A stretch of DNA of 64,000 bases, from the NCBI RefSeq assembly GCF_018977255.1, contig NW_024704743.1, forward strand, positions 106,642,001 through 106,706,000. Reading direction: 5' to 3'. The DNA is from Callorhinchus milii. Taxonomy: Eukaryota. This document shows positions 1-13,772 of the stretch, one piece after another. Under the pieces are notes generated by a model, which saw only the letters and a list, made by a program, of their open reading frames with translations, ran no database searches and was not told where the DNA came from. Each line of letters opens with the position of its first letter. The first letter of the stretch is position 1. The translations under genes were made by a program, and so were the position numbers.

Positions 1-699
1 TGTGGGGCATTGTTGTGCGCAAATGGTCTGTTGTGTAGTTTGTTGAAATCAAATCTCTTCAAATTGTCTCCCACACTTATTTCTGCCAGGGTCTCACAAG
101 CTCTTTACCGTTTTCAGTTGTCTTTCTCCTACAGTCCATAGGCTTTGATAAATCATGCTTAGCATCATTAATCACTACTCCTTAATATATCGCATCCTTT
201 TTTCACCATCTCTCCTGTTTTTTGGTCCATTCTTCCATATTTTGTAAACTAAAACCTCATGCATCATTCCACATAATTTTCCTAACTTTGGCTTTCAAAT
301 TATTACTCTGATTGTGTGATTTATACTCTTTTGCATTGCAGTTATTTATTTACAGTGATATGCAATCGTATATAAAAAAACTCTTAGGATTTTATTTAAC
401 AAAAACACCTAATTTCAACTCAAAATATGCAGTACTCATATTGTCACATAAGACAGCATTATTTTAATTTCAGAGATCTTCAAGAACACAATAAAGAGTA
501 TAGAAAAGAGTTAAATAATATTGTTATTGCTGTTCTCCGTAGTCTCTTTTAACAGGGCATCACACAGCTATTTTTGTTGTCTCTGGTAAGCCATATTCCT
601 GCAGTAGTGTCATTAGCTGTGAAATACAGCAATATAATATTGCTGTTTGGTGACCATCTAAGCAATACTTTTTCTTGTTTGGCTGCAGTTGATGCCTAA

Positions 700-985
700 A
701 TCATAGAATCATAGAAATTTACAGCACCAAAGAGGCTATTCGCCCAATCAAATCTTCTCTGACTTTCAAAGCAAGCTGTTTTATTGTATTGTATCCCCTT
801 GCCCTACCTTATCCACATTCCCCTTCAAGCCTCTATGCTTCTACTCTATGTCTCTTGAAACCTACAATGACTCTCGCTCTACCACTTAGCAGGGCATTCC
901 ACAGCCCAACAACTCTCTGAGTGTAAGCCCTCCTTTCATCTTCTTGTGACTATCTTCTAACTATGCCCCCTGTCACTGACTTAAA
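700..985 (-). mobile_element. Old CR1-clade LINE 3' fragment
   Basis: Starts with TCATAGAATCATAGAA (reverse of the CR1 (TTCTATGA)n tail), then ACAGCAC..GAGGCTATTCGCCC and GCATTCCACAGCCCAACAACTCTCTG, typical of reversed CR1 3' ends. Confidence 0.7.
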
Positions 986-1436
986 TGATAAAACGTAATT
1001 TATATTAAGTTAACCACATTTACTTGTATTTGTTTGATCATTTATAAACTCATTAACATGTAAATTGGTGTGAATTAATTATACCCATTTACATGTCACA
1101 TTTTAAATGATTTGAATTATTTAACTGAGGTTTCCACGATACCAAATCTAGTGATTGCGCTATAGCTTATGCTCACAGATAGCCACAAGGGAGTAAAAAC
1201 GAATCTACTCCCACTGCAAAATAGTAGAAATTGTAATCCTTACATTCGATATAGTTCTTTATCACGTTGTTGAAACATCTCAAACCACTTCACTTGATTT
1301 ACTGTGAAGAGCAGTGACGGTGTATTATGCAGGTGAACACACCGCCAAGTTGGATACAGCAATGTCCCCTACACAGCCATGAAGTGAAGGTCTATTTTTT
1401 TCGAGGGAGAAACAAGAAAGGTAGCACTGGTGGTGA

Positions 1437-1680
1437 TTTTCAAAGTATCCTCTTCAGATATCTTTTACTTCTCTCTTGAAGGCTAGTATGAACTCTATGT
1501 TGATCAACACACTAAAAAAGGCATTCCACATCCTATCTTTCCATTTTTCTAATCTACTCAATAACTCACTGACCAGTGGAAATAATGTCTGCCTGTCTAC
1601 TCTTATCACAAATCCCTCATATGTTTAAAGATCACCATCAGATCTCCCCTCAACCTTCTCTGTTCCAATGCAACAAATCT
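1437..1680 (-). mobile_element. Degraded CR1 ORF2 C-terminal fragment
   Basis: GCATTCCACATCC and ATCAGATCTCCCCTCAACCTTCTCTGTTCCAATG, the reverse of the 'LEQRRLRGDLI' region seen in the other CR1 copies here. Confidence 0.55.
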
Positions 1681-2264
1681 GTGATCATAAGTCAAATCAC
1701 TCATTTTCAATGTTGAATAATAACAGCAATACTTCCATTTGATATAGCTTATGACCTTATCACATCATCAAGATGTCACAAAGTGCTTCTTGGGTATACT
1801 ATAAAGTTGTGTGACTGTGTATTCTGTCGCAAACATGACAGCTAATTTGCACATAGCAAAGACTCACAAACAATCATGGAGTGAGTGGCCAATTTTAAAT
1901 GTTATCATCCTAGTAAATCTCCTCTGTGCTCTCTCTATGGTTCAGATGTCTCATGATGTCCAAACAATGTGATGCAGTAAAAAGAAAAGCATACAGGATG
2001 CTGTGCTTCATAGCTAAAACAATTGAATTCAGTTCCCCAGTCTTGCTGTAGCTTGTGTGCTACCTGATGTATTGTGTTGAATTTTGGTTGCAGCTCAGGC
2101 TCCAGAGGTAGAGGAGAACAATGAGGCAGATCCCCAGTGTTAGAAGGATTCAATATAAGTTCAGAATTCTTCATCTTCGAAGAGAGACAATGCAGGCAGG
2201 AAATGGAGAAGCATACAAGATGCTTATTGGTGTAGAAAACATAAACGCTGGACAATATTCTTCC

Positions 2265-2865
2265 TCTTGCTGCAACTGTATAGGGCCTTGGTGAGACCGC
2301 ACCTAGAGTATTGTGTGCAGTTTGGTCTCCCTATTTAAAAAAGGACATACTTGCCCTGGAGGGGGTGAGTGTAGATTCACTCGGTTAGTTCCTGGGATGA
2401 GGGGACTGACCTATGAGGATAGGCTGAATAAACTAGGGCTGTATTCTCTAGAGTACAGAAGAATTAGGGGAGATCTTATTGAAACATATAAGATTCTTAA
2501 AGGGCTGGATAAAGTAGACACTGAGGGACTGTTTCCCCTGGTAGGAGAATCTATAACCAGGGGTCACAGTCTTAAAATTAAGGGTCAGCCTTTTAGAACA
2601 GAGTTGAGGAAACATTTCTTCACTCAGAGGGTAGTGAATTTATGGAATTCACTACCCCAGAAGGCTGTAGATGCTCAGTCCTTGAACATCTTCAAGGCTG
2701 AGACTGATAGATTTTTAAAAAACAGAGGGCTTAGGGGATATGGGGATAGGGCGGGTAATTAGAGTTAGGTCTGAAGAACAGCCATGATCTTATCAAATGG
2801 CGGGGCAGGCTCGAGGGGCCGAATGGCCTACTCCTGCTCCTAATTCTTATGTTCTTATGTTCTTA
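2265..2865 (+). mobile_element. CR1/HER1-type LINE, 5'-truncated, with frameshifted ORF2 C-terminus, 3'UTR and tail
   Basis: Encodes LLQLYRALVRPHLEYCVQ and RFTRLVPGMRGLTYEDRLNKLGLYSLEYRRIRGDLIETYKIL...FFTQRVVNLWNSLP; ends GGGCCGAATGGCCTACTCCTGCTCC then (TTCTTATG)n. Confidence 0.95.
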
Positions 2866-3739
2866 AGGCATTATTTCAATACTGAAGAGTTAAATTTCTC
2901 TAATCTTTCTTCATAGCTCATTCCTTTTACACTTAGAATCAATTTTGTGGTGCCGATAGCAATTATTAAGAACAGTTTTTCATTAAACACAAAACTACAG
3001 GGAATCAATAAACTCATTTGAACTAAATGCCATTTCAGTCGTTGAAAGAGCAGGTTCATTGTAACAAATGTTTAACATTCTCCTTATATGTTTGCGTACA
3101 AGTTTGTTTTTCATATATATCTATATATAGTCAGATAATGAAATTCTATAAAAATGAAAGACATATAATTTATATATAAGGCAGGGTACATCAATAAATA
3201 TACATCTGAAGTTACAAACAGTGCAAACTCTTTAAAGCATGTCTTCAAAACCTTTAAATGTCTTGCATTTCCAATTGTTTTTGTTTTGAATATAAGACTC
3301 CAGTTTGCTGGTCCTGAGTCACCTAAAATACTTTTTATTTGTACTGTATAGTTTTGTCTTAATATTTGAGTGCTGCTAAAACATGTTTTCCAAACTCAGA
3401 GACATTTGCGCCAATGTGCATCTGGCAGTCTCAAATTACTACATATGTTTGTTGCAGGACATTACTGGGTTCTAATTTGCATAATATTTATAACATGTGT
3501 CAAGGCACGTTTAGAGAGGGAATTATAGGTATCCTTAATTAGATAATGAACAAGTAATGAGAAGCATAATTGGCAATTACTGAAACTTTTAAATGGTTAA
3601 CTGCATAATTTAAAATGCACATACAATTACACATGATGTACAAATCCTGCAAATTGGACAACCAGCAATCTTCCATTTAAAAACAGGATATCACATGGAT
3701 TCTAGCATGAGTGAATTTGGTTAAGGCGAGTGAAAAATC

Positions 3740-4033
3740 ATAATAATAATAATAATAATAATGCTTGCATTTGATATAGCGCTTTTCACGTCGGGAGGAC
3801 GTCCCAAAGCGCTTCACAGCATATACTGTAAAGTGAATTGACTGTATATTTGTGGGCGAACGCGGCAGCCAATTGCGCACAGCAATGTCCCACAAACAGT
3901 CATGGATTGAAAATGACCAATTTATTATTGTTTTGTTTTTTGGAGGGATTATTATTAGGCTCTGTGTGGAGTAAGGAAACTTGCCCAAGGTTTCGCCCTC
4001 TGCCTGGAATTGAACTCAGGTCTTTCACGTGCA
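3740..4033 (-). mobile_element. Young tRNA-Ala-headed SINE, type-1 tail, 5'-truncated
   Basis: Near-identical to the copies at 25040 and 55863, with (TTA)n tail; lacks the A-box part of the head; possible ATCAT TSD. Confidence 0.93.
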
Positions 4034-4180
4034 TGATCATTTCATACCAAATGGATCCATTTGTTATATAAACTGTATCACATCAACACAATATTTCAAC
4101 ATCGCGTAGGTAGACCACTATGAATTACTATGACCATTTATTTTGTTGGACATTGCTATAAACAAATCAAAGCTTCATTA

Positions 4181-5300
4181 AATAACAACAACAACAAAAT
4201 TACATTTGTATAGCGCCTTTCACGTTGGGAGGACATTCCAAGGCGCTGGACAGACAGAGTTACGGACCCGAGCTGGGGATCGGGGTGGGGGAGAATGGAG
4301 GGCAGGGCGGGGTTGCAGGGAGATCGAAAGCACAGTCGAAGAGGATGGTCTTGAGGTGGGTCTTGAAGGTGGTGAGGGAGGGGGTGAGACGGAGGGACTG
4401 CAGGATGGAGTTCCAGAGGGTGGTGCAAAGTGGCGGAAGGCCTGCCCGCCGATAGTGGGGCGAGCAAGGCGGGGACGTGAATCAGGGCGGAGCCCGCTGA
4501 GTGGAGGGAGCAAACAGGATGGTAGGGGGTTAGGAGGTCAGAGAGGTAGGGGGAGCAAGACCATGGAGGGCTTTGAACGTGAGGACCAGGATCTTGAACT
4601 GTATCCTCTGTGTGATGAGAAGCCAGTGGAGTTGGGCAAGGATGGGGATGATAGGGTCACGGAGCCTAGTGTGGGAGAGGACACGGGTTGCAGAGTTCTG
4701 TATGATCTGCAGCCTGTGGAGGGAGGAGTTGGGGAGGCCAACAAACAGTGAGTTTGTATAGTCGAGCCTTATGTAATGAAGGCGTGTATGAGGGTTTCGG
4801 CTGCCTGCGGTGTGAGACAGTGTCGGAGCCAGGCAACGATGCGGAGGTAGGTGAAAGCAGAGTGGGTCATGGTGCAGATGTGGGGTAGGAAGGATAGTTG
4901 AGGGTCAAACAGGACCCCAAGGTTCCGGACTGGCTTAGCAAGATGGAGTGTGCAACCATGGATGGTGATACTGTCAGCGCCTGAGGTGTAGAGGCACTGA
5001 CAGGAGCCAATCAGGAGAGTCTCAGTCTTGTTGACGTTCAACTGTAGAAAGTTAGCTCTCAAACAGGACTCGATGTCTGACAGACACTGTCAGGACAGCA
5101 GTGGTCCTGGAGTCAAGGGTGGAGGCAGAGAGTTAGAGTTGGGTGTCATCCGCATACATGTGGAAGTTGACCCCATGTCTGCGGAAGATGTCACCAAGGG
5201 GAGCATATAGATGTTGAAGAGGAGGGGACCAAAGACAGATCTCTGAGGAACACTGCACGAGATGGTCCGGGGGCTAGAGGAGAAGCTGTTTGAGGATAAA
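4181..5300 (-). mobile_element. L2-clade LINE, 5'-truncated (RT C-terminal half to tail)
   Basis: Minus-strand peptides SVPQRSVFGPLLFNIYMLPL, a YADDTQL-encoding segment and NFLQLNVNKTETLLIG; (TTG)n tail and GCGCCTT..AAGGCGC stem-loop. Confidence 0.95.
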
Positions 5301-5764
5301 ACTACTTTAAGCACCTGCTTACATGAGGGAGAAGGGAACAGAGGTAAGGGAAAGGGGATGAGCAGGTTTGTGTGGAATATAAAGACCAGTATGATTTATT
5401 TAGGTTGAAGTGGACAATTTCTGTGCTGCAATTTTCTATGTGATGAGTTGTGATGATTCAGTCAGTAAGGTGGTGAGTTCCTCGATGTGTACAGTGTGTA
5501 AAGAGTGTTATATTAGCAGTGCTACATAGGCTAAACTGCACTTTAGCTGTTCCTGTTCCGTTGTGGGCAGTGAGTCTCTTTGTATGGTGAGCATTTAATG
5601 TGGCCGAGAATACAATACAAAGCATAATAATAGGAATGGTAAGCAGTGGTTTTGAATTTGGAGCATGAAGATTTCTTTCTAACAAGTGTCTAGTATGAAG
5701 TGCCTCACACTCACAGAAACCCACCATCATGGGCTCCACTTATACATGGAAATTCCAGAGACAG

Positions 5765-6116
5765 ATTATTGGAATGGAATGTGTACTCTCTCCTTTGAGG
5801 GACACATCCTGCTTACCTAATCCAGAAAGTATTAGGCACAGGTTGGCAAGACCCAAGGCTTGGGGACCCCAGAGCGTGCATTGGAGTACTGCTTGGTCTG
5901 TGTTGCAGTCTAACCAGCTAATATTGCATAGTTTGTCATTGAGAGTAATGCCTGGCAAGCTTTCCAGCTAGCACTATCCTACCTATTAGGGTTTTGGCTT
6001 GTGGTTTAACGGGTGGTGAGTGGCAAGAGTCCCTGCCCCCATTAACTGGTCTGTCCTTTCAAGTCATCAGCTGTGCCCTGGAGTATTGTGGAGCCATCTG
6101 TCTCAGGAACTGGACT
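5765..6116 (-). repeat. Unclassified dispersed repeat, copy A (strand given relative to copy B)
   Basis: Colinear reverse-complement similarity to 13390-13772, e.g. CCAAGGCTTGGGG, CCTGC(T/C)TACCTAAT and ATTAGGG(T/C)TTTGGCTTG blocks. Confidence 0.75.
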
Positions 6117-6859
6117 ATCAAGACTTCCACTGAGGGTGGGCTCCATTGCCAAACATGACACCTCGGAAGCAGTTCGGCTCCAAGGAGACCCCGCTCACCT
6201 GCTCCCTAAGGAGAATAGTTGACTTCATCATCCATTTCAGCTGATGAAGTAGGCTGGCAGGCAAGTATGAATATGAAAGGGTACGAAAATGCAGGCAATT
6301 TTGATTAAAAGATATGCCATAATCTAATAATAATTTGTTGTGTTATTGAAGGGTCTCCCAGTGTTTAACAGGATTTAGTGTTGAATGCAGTAACTGTGTA
6401 TTTTGTAGGTCAATTTGCATACAGCAATTTCCCACAAGCAGCCATGAAGTGAATGATCAATTTTACTTGGGGAATTGAGGGTAAGTCACAGGGAGAAACT
6501 CTCTTCGAGAGAAAACCCATCAGGAGAAAAGCCTGATAAACTGTGAGAGCGGATAAACTCCGGAAAGGCAGCATGAAATGGTTTGTGCTATTTCCTTTGA
6601 GATAAATAAGATAACTTTGCAGTTAATAAATAATCAATTTATCGTGTTATAACGTATATATATTTAGTCTCTATGAAATCATAAAATTAAGTACTCCCTG
6701 TCCAAAAACAGCAATTTATGTCAGATACACTAAATTCAAAGAGATTGAGTTATTCATTTTCAGACAATGCACATGAAAATGGTTGAGTTTCACAATTGAT
6801 CAATTCATAAGCTACAGAGAAAACTAGCAGTTGGTCAGAGCCTTTGGGTAAATGGCCCT

Positions 6860-7112
6860 TTGCTCAAAATTTCCGGATTCTTATTTTGACATTCAAATCT
6901 TCCACTTCTCCAGTCTCCTTCAGCATCACTCTCTTGCCCACTTCCTCTGCTCCAAAAACTCAGGCATGTTGCACATTCCATGTCTTGTCTGCTAATCTTT
7001 CAGCCATTCTTCCCCTGATCTCTGGAGCTTCTCTCCCAAATCCCTCACCACACTCCCTACCTCCTTGTTGTCAAAACACTTCTTAAAAACGTATCTCTTT
7101 GATCAAGCTTTC
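6860..7112 (+). mobile_element. Old L2 3' fragment
   Basis: FRILILTFKS-encoding segment and CTTAAAAACGTATCTCTTTGATCAAGCTTT (LKTYLFDQAF-like). Confidence 0.55.
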
Positions 7113-7949
7113 TAAATGCTATTCTTCTTATCTGTGCATGGCAGCAATATAACAGACATGTTCGTCAAAAGAACAATGGTAAAGCAGAAATTTTTCGCAC
7201 AAAGGTAGTAAACAGTAATTGCAGCCAAACTGACACAACTCAGCAAAGAGAATATTTCGACTGGCTATACTTTCCTGAATGTTTTGGGGTATTTTGAGTA
7301 TCAGATCTTTTTGATGAGATTGCACATAGCATATTGTTCAAACAATTTCATATTATCATTTGTTACCCAGGTAATAGGTGCCAAACCATCCTCCCAATGG
7401 GCCAATGTGTTTGTGCTAGTGATTATTCTCCACTTGAGCCCCCAATTCCTATTCCCCTCATTTATACCCCTCTATTGCCTTCTCCCTCATGTATGCACCA
7501 AGTCTTCTCTTAAATATGTTGATGCTGTTTGCTTCAACTACAGTGTCTGGCAGTGAGTTGCACATTCGCATCATCCTCTGCATGAAGAGATTCTTCCGAA
7601 TGCAACTTCATTTTTATAGTGTCGGACTGACTGGGTGAACTGAAAATATTTGTCCAGGTGTCTTCTTAGACTGGCGACTGGCGACTGATAATTTTTATAA
7701 AATGATCTGAAGAACCTTTGCAATCCACAGTCTTAAAGTAAAGCAATTTTTTGTATCAAATCACTTTCCAACCAGCAACTGATACACCCGACATCAATGG
7801 CCTCAGCTGAATGTGTATTATACTGTCATGCTGCAATTCTTATTTTAAACAATTGGTAAAATCGTACATACAATTATTGGGATCAAATAATTTGGATCAA
7901 ATAATTGGGGTCTTTGAAAAATGCCATCCAATTCTGCAGCTAGATTACA

Positions 7950-8112
7950 TAAGGAGGGAGTTTCCGTAATCAATCCTTGAGGTGACGAATGTATGAGCGA
8001 GGATTTCGGCAGCCTGAGGGGTGAGGTAGTGGCGGAGTCTGGCAATGTTGCGGAAGTGGTGGTAGGCAGTGCTGGTCATGGTCTGGATGTGGGGGAGAAA
8101 GGACAGTTCAGG
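7950..8112 (-). mobile_element. L2 ORF2 internal fragment
   Basis: PELSFLPHIQTMTSTAYHHFRNIARLRHYLTPQAAEILAHTFVTSRIDYGNSLL, homologous to the L2 copies at 18906 and 36589. Confidence 0.9.
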
Positions 8113-10292
8113 GATCTTCAAAGAAATTGAAGGTACAACAGAATCTTCAAAGAAATTGTGTCCAAGGTTACTGGATAACAGTCGTGCATAAGTACCAAAT
8201 GCACTTCTCATCTACATGTCCAAACACTAATGAAGGGTTGCATGAAACAGAAAGCCTTTATCAGTGTGCATGTTGTAGAGGACTTAGTGATTCCCAGGGA
8301 ACAAAGAATCATGTAAATTAAATCTAGAAATAGAAAGTTTAATTTTAACTAAAATACATTTATTCAACCTTTGTTGAAAAACAAACATAGAGAAACACGT
8401 AGCCACAATAACATTATGCATTAACCAAATATCGTGTTTGTTGAGCACATTAAGGATCGTTGGCACCCTGCTCTTGAGTGTGTTTTTGCACTTCAATCGA
8501 CTTTTTTAAATCAGTCATTTTTTGAACATCACAGGTAAGACATTTTCCTATTCACAACCAGAAGTCATATTTATCATTTTAGACTCCATTTTGAATATCA
8601 CAAATTAGACCCCATTGACAGTACTGTTATTCTGTATTTGAAAATAATTTTTTCCTTATTTTATTATTGTGATTTTCCTGTGGTTCCCTGGAATTGTATT
8701 ATCTTGACTGAGAACCAAGAGTAGCTGTGAAAAGCATTGTCAGAGCTTTTGCTAGCTGTTAGGATGGACATGAGAGTACATTGGTTTAGTTATGCTAATA
8801 ATTTTCTCCATGGACGAAGACCTTGCATTCTTTGTTAAACTGAAATTAGGAACTCACAATAGAAGGAATCATGCACACAGGCTAAATTCTATGCCACTGA
8901 GGAATATCACCTAGGGTCCATGTAAACACAGGCTACCATTATCTACGACAGAGGTTATATGTTGCATAAGTGTGAATGAACACGCAACAGGCATGGATAC
9001 TTATACAATAAAAGCAGCTATTAATGAATTCACCTGCAATAAAATGAAGATTAGTGAAAAATGCAGTGTTCCAATTGACCAACTATGATATTGAATAGAT
9101 CAACATTTCTGTCAAAATGAGATTATTATCCATTATTGATACAAACATCCAAGTATTAATCTTCTATTATTTTACTCACAATAAATAGAAGCGGGTACTT
9201 CCATTCATAAAGTATTCACGCTTTATCTGAACTCAGGCTGAATCATTTAATTAATTTTCTTAATTTTCACATGTCAGTTCAGAATTGGGGAAGGTTTTGT
9301 CTTCTTGATGAGACAGCAGCGAGTATCAATTAGGTTCTGAACATCGAGAAGCTGAGTGTAAAATAAATTTGTTCAAACCTACAGTTCAGAAAATGCTTGG
9401 TTACTGAACTGATCTAGGGTCATTTTCAAATTCACATTTATTGATTTTTTATTGATTATATCATTTTGGACTAAGTATCTTGGTCAGCCAGACTTACTCA
9501 GCATCACCTGCTTAATCTAGGTCCTCACATGAAGGGTTTTGGCAAATAGATGTGCCAGCTGTGAAGCCGACTGTGCCTAGCATCAGATCAGTATAGACTG
9601 GAGCCCTCCCTCCCTCCTGTCCTCCCTCCCTGCAGCCATTTCCCGTGTTTGCCAAAAATAAATTTTTTAATGGAATTGAAAAAGAAAATCCAGAACAATA
9701 TTTTAGACTCAGACACAGTTTACATTGATCCTGGGTGGCTCCATGTTGGAAAAGTATTCAATTTCACACACAACATCCATTAATTTGGATTAACACATAA
9801 AATCAAATTGTCAAACTTGCAAAGAACCCTTTTAGCCATCAGAGCGGAAACTTCCATCCCATCATTCTGAACTGACTTTCAAATTTAAGATAGAATGTTG
9901 ATATAAGCACTCCAAGCCCTTATTCTACACGAAGGGTGCTATAAAAATACAAGTTATTGCTATCATTTATTATTTTCTATAATTTTTCCATTTCTAACAC
10001 AAATCCTACTTTTACCTTCAATCATCTCCTTTCTACTCCCCCTATCGCCACCCTGCTTGGGTTCCTACTCCATCTCCATAAAACTAAATGGAAGGCACTA
10101 TCTAAGTGCAAGTTGTCGTAAACATGTATGCAATTTGATATCTACTGTATCACACACCACTGTTCTTTCAAATTGCTTGTTTTCGAACATGGGAAGTTGC
10201 GCTAATTTTTAACAAGTTAAACAAGTAATGAGTTTAGTGTATATCTATATAAATGCATGTTGTTGTGGTATTAAGATACAATTTTAAGAATA

Positions 10293-10458
10293 TAATAATA
10301 ATAATAATCCTTGCATTTGATATAGCGCTTTTCACATCTTCTCGACGTCTCAATGCGCTTCAGAGAATAAATCTGTAAAGTTAATTGACCATATATATTT
10401 TGTGGGCGAAACGCGGCAGCCAATTGCGCACAGCAGTGGCCCACTAACAGTCGTGGAT
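10293..10458 (-). mobile_element. Young SINE 3' half (type-2-like tail)
   Basis: (TAA)n, CCTTGCATTTGATATAGCGCTTTTCAC and GCAGCCAATTGCGCACAGC. Confidence 0.9.
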
Positions 10459-11736
10459 AGTTGCTGAATTACATTTATACTCTGTACTGAGACTCCTGTT
10501 AACTTCTCTATTTATTATTGGTTTAAATTAATAAATAAAAACTTCATAAGCTCTTAAAATACATTTGGAAACCTATATTTTTGAGTATTAAAATGTGAGA
10601 TATAAAACCAGCAGACTGACATAAATCATAGTGTATTAAATCACTTCATGATGCTATCATGGAATCTTGATTTTTCATCGGCCAAATTATAGCTCAGCTC
10701 CACACTCAGAAATATCTTTCAAAACTTTATTTTTTTCTCAACAAAGAAAACTACTGGTACCATTATGTATTGTGTACTACACTGAAAACAATAAGGTGTA
10801 CAAGCCAAAGATAATGAACCTTTTTGAATGAATTAACTTTCTTGCAATGAAAACTTTGTGCAATGTATTTATCAAATGCGTAGAGGTATACTTTGCATTT
10901 GAGGGTCTCGTTAATGTTTAATCAACTGTTTCAGCGTTGCTGTTGCAATTCCTAATACCTCAAACACAATCTATTTCCTGCCTCATGTGTACTGTATCTA
11001 TTTATCTAAATATAATTCAACCTTGGCCATCCATTACACTGTATTAATTTCCCTTTAGTGACAAAATAAAAACAAAGACGATAGATGAAAAGTTATTAAG
11101 CAACTTAATGCAGCCAGATAGCTGCAGTAGTTTATTGCTTCAATCACTACAACAAACCTTTTTGCCATAGTGTTATTATGTCTTGTTGTGAGTCATTAAT
11201 CAAAAAGAACGCTTGCTCATTGGCTTTAATTTCAATAATAGCCTGAGTTCAGGTTGTTGATCCATCTTACTCACTTCGTAGCCACTTTAATTTGTGTTTA
11301 ATTGCTTCATAGTGTGCATCACAAAACTATTTAAAGTCAAAACAAAAAAAGAGATAAGAAGCAGCATGCAGTTCAGATGATTTTTCATTTCACTTTCACA
11401 TTAAATGCCTTGGGACACCCTCCCGACATGAAAGGCGCTATACAAATTTAATTTTGTTGTTGTTGTAAATACAAGTGAATACTTTAACAAGTTGTTCTCT
11501 GACACATCGGCCATTATACATATTTTAAGAACTGTCTCAGTTAACAGTATGACTTACCAGGCATAATTGATCTCTTATACTCTTCCAGGTTTACATTTCA
11601 TCAGTAATGAAGATTATAATAAAAAGAGCATTTGGGATACATGTGTATTTTTCTTATTTGTAGGAATGAACTGTTTTGCAATGACGACTTTGGTCATTTA
11701 CACAAGTGACTATCCACCTTGGAGATCAGCTGGCTC

Positions 11737-11890
11737 CAGGGTGAGGGGAGGGAAGGAAGGGAGCGAGGAGAGGGTAGAGAGTCCAGAGGCGAGCTGAAGG
11801 CACGGTCGAAGAGAAAGGTCTTGAGACCGGCCTTGAAGGAGGAAAGGGAGGAAGCAAGGCAAAGGCACTGGGGGATGGAGTTCTAGAGCC
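11737..11890 (-). mobile_element. Tail-less internal L2 fragment (ORF2 end and 3'UTR)
   Basis: Matches 29649-29821 (AGAAAGGTCTTGAGACCGGCCTTGAAGGAGG) but lacks the terminal stem-loop and (TTG)n tail. Confidence 0.88.
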
Positions 11891-12300
11891 ACTCAGCTCC
11901 TGTTACCCCTGCGATCCAAAGTCCTAACGGATACGGTGGGAAGCTTGCCATTAAAATCGTACCTTAATACTACAACATCATGCATTCATATAGATATGCA
12001 CTAAACTCATTACTTATTTTCCCTGTTAAAAATACTATGGACTAGTAGTACTACTTCCCTCACTGGAAAACAAGCAATTTTAAAGAACAGCGGTGTGTGA
12101 TACAATAGATATTTGGCCATTATCTTCACACAAATTATAATTCTTTGTATTCCATTTTCCCAATTGGTGGTGGAGTCTCAGACAGCACACAGTTAGAGTT
12201 TGGCTTTCTTTCGACCATTACTGCCATATCTCTTGTCAGCTTCTCTCTATATGATAATTTTCTTTATCATGAAAACAATTTCTCTAACTTTCTAACTTTT

Positions 12301-12645
12301 CGGCTCAGTTGGTAGCACTCTCGCCTCTGAGTCAAAAGATTGTGGGTTCAAGCCCAACTTCGAGACTTGGAGCTCATGTAGTAATTCCTCAGATGAAACC
12401 AAGGTGCCATCTGCCCATTTAGGTGAACATTAAAGATCACATTCCACTATTTCAAAAGAGAAGGGAGTTTCTTCCAGCATCCTCTCCAACAATCCCTCAA
12501 ATTCACTTTATGGCTAGTTGTAGGAATTCTTCACGGCAACTTCATGGTTAGTTGGCTGTTACATTCAGCCACAAAATGCATAGTCACTCAACCTTACTGT
12601 ATATCTTTTTGGGAAGTGCTTTGGGACGTCCTCTCAAATATAAAG
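12301..12645 (+). mobile_element. Old Deu-domain SINE (SacSINE1-like)
   Basis: tRNA-like head GGCTCAGTTGGTAGCACTCTCGCCTCTGAGTCA..GGGTTCAAGCCC; core AGGTGAACATTAAAGATC..CACTATTTCAAAAGAGAAGGGAG; L2-like tail. Confidence 0.8.
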
Positions 12646-13389
12646 GCTGTTTTAGGATTATTAGAGAAACAGTCCCTATGTATAGTGTGAAGAATTGAGG
12701 AGTCTACCCACCTCAAAGCAATAGCAATTAATTCCCTTATAAATGTGAGCTACCACTGTTTAGTACAATTAATTTATAATGTATGGAACTTAAAACTCAG
12801 GCATAAACTTAACTTAATATGTAGGATTTTATCTCATTTTAAATGTTTATTTAAAAATCCGATATCCTGACATGAAACAACAGTAAATGAAAATTCAAGG
12901 TGAGATTCATAGTTTTATAGCTTGTGTTGTACTTCACTGAGTCATATCTTTCACCAACTCTCTTTACTTTTAACCTTAATCTGTCCAATGAATGACAGAT
13001 TTCCTCAAAGTGCCAGGGAAGTCAAATTGCTTTCATGTTCCACACTTTAATGGACGATTTAATGATTATGTTATTGAAATACCATCATCCCCTCTGGAAA
13101 TTTTTGTGCCAATAAACATTTTAAAAGGTTAATCCCAGAGACATGGTGCAATTCCAGTTCTCTTCTAAAAATGATAAACCGTAGATAGAAACACGGCATT
13201 CATTACAAATAACAGTATCGCAGGCAAGAGTCTATTCCAACACAGATGTGCACTTACAGACACACACTCATAAGCACGCACAAACATCCACACATATATT
13301 AGCAGCTGAAGACCAGTCTGAAAACACAGTAATTCCTTGCTGCTAATATACTTAGACCTTTATGTTTAGTCATTTACCCTCTGTGGTGG

Positions 13390-13772
13390 TCTCAGTTGTC
13401 CATTTACTGAGCCAGGCAGGTCTACAGTATTTCAGGACACTTCTGATAACAGCACAGTCAGCCTGGCTCATCAGTAGTGCCTTGAGGGGCAGATCAGTCA
13501 CTGGAGGCAGGGATTCTTCCCACTCAGCTCCTGTTAACCCTGCAAGCCAAAGCCCTAATGCAGAGCATGGTTTTAGCTGGACAGGCAGCAGTAAAGCTTG
13601 CTAGACAGTGCTTTCAATGGCAAGCTATGAGCTTTACTCTGAGATTCCAGTAGTAACCCAATGCATTCACTAGAGCCCCCAAGCCTTGGCTCTTGGCAGC
13701 CTATCTAATACTCTTTGAAATTAGGTGAGCAGGACATGCCCCACTAAGAAGAGTGCGCAATCCATTCCAAAA
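13390..13772 (+). repeat. Unclassified dispersed repeat, copy B
   Basis: Homologous to 5765-6116 (opposite strand) and to the fragment around 11720-11955 (ACTCAGCTCCTGTTA.CCCTGC.A.CCAAAG.CCTAA). Confidence 0.75.

Noticed and set aside
3677..3988. Recurrent MGKFPYST... ORFs as a multigene family
   Set aside because: They are translations of the same SINE; lengths and stops vary among copies.
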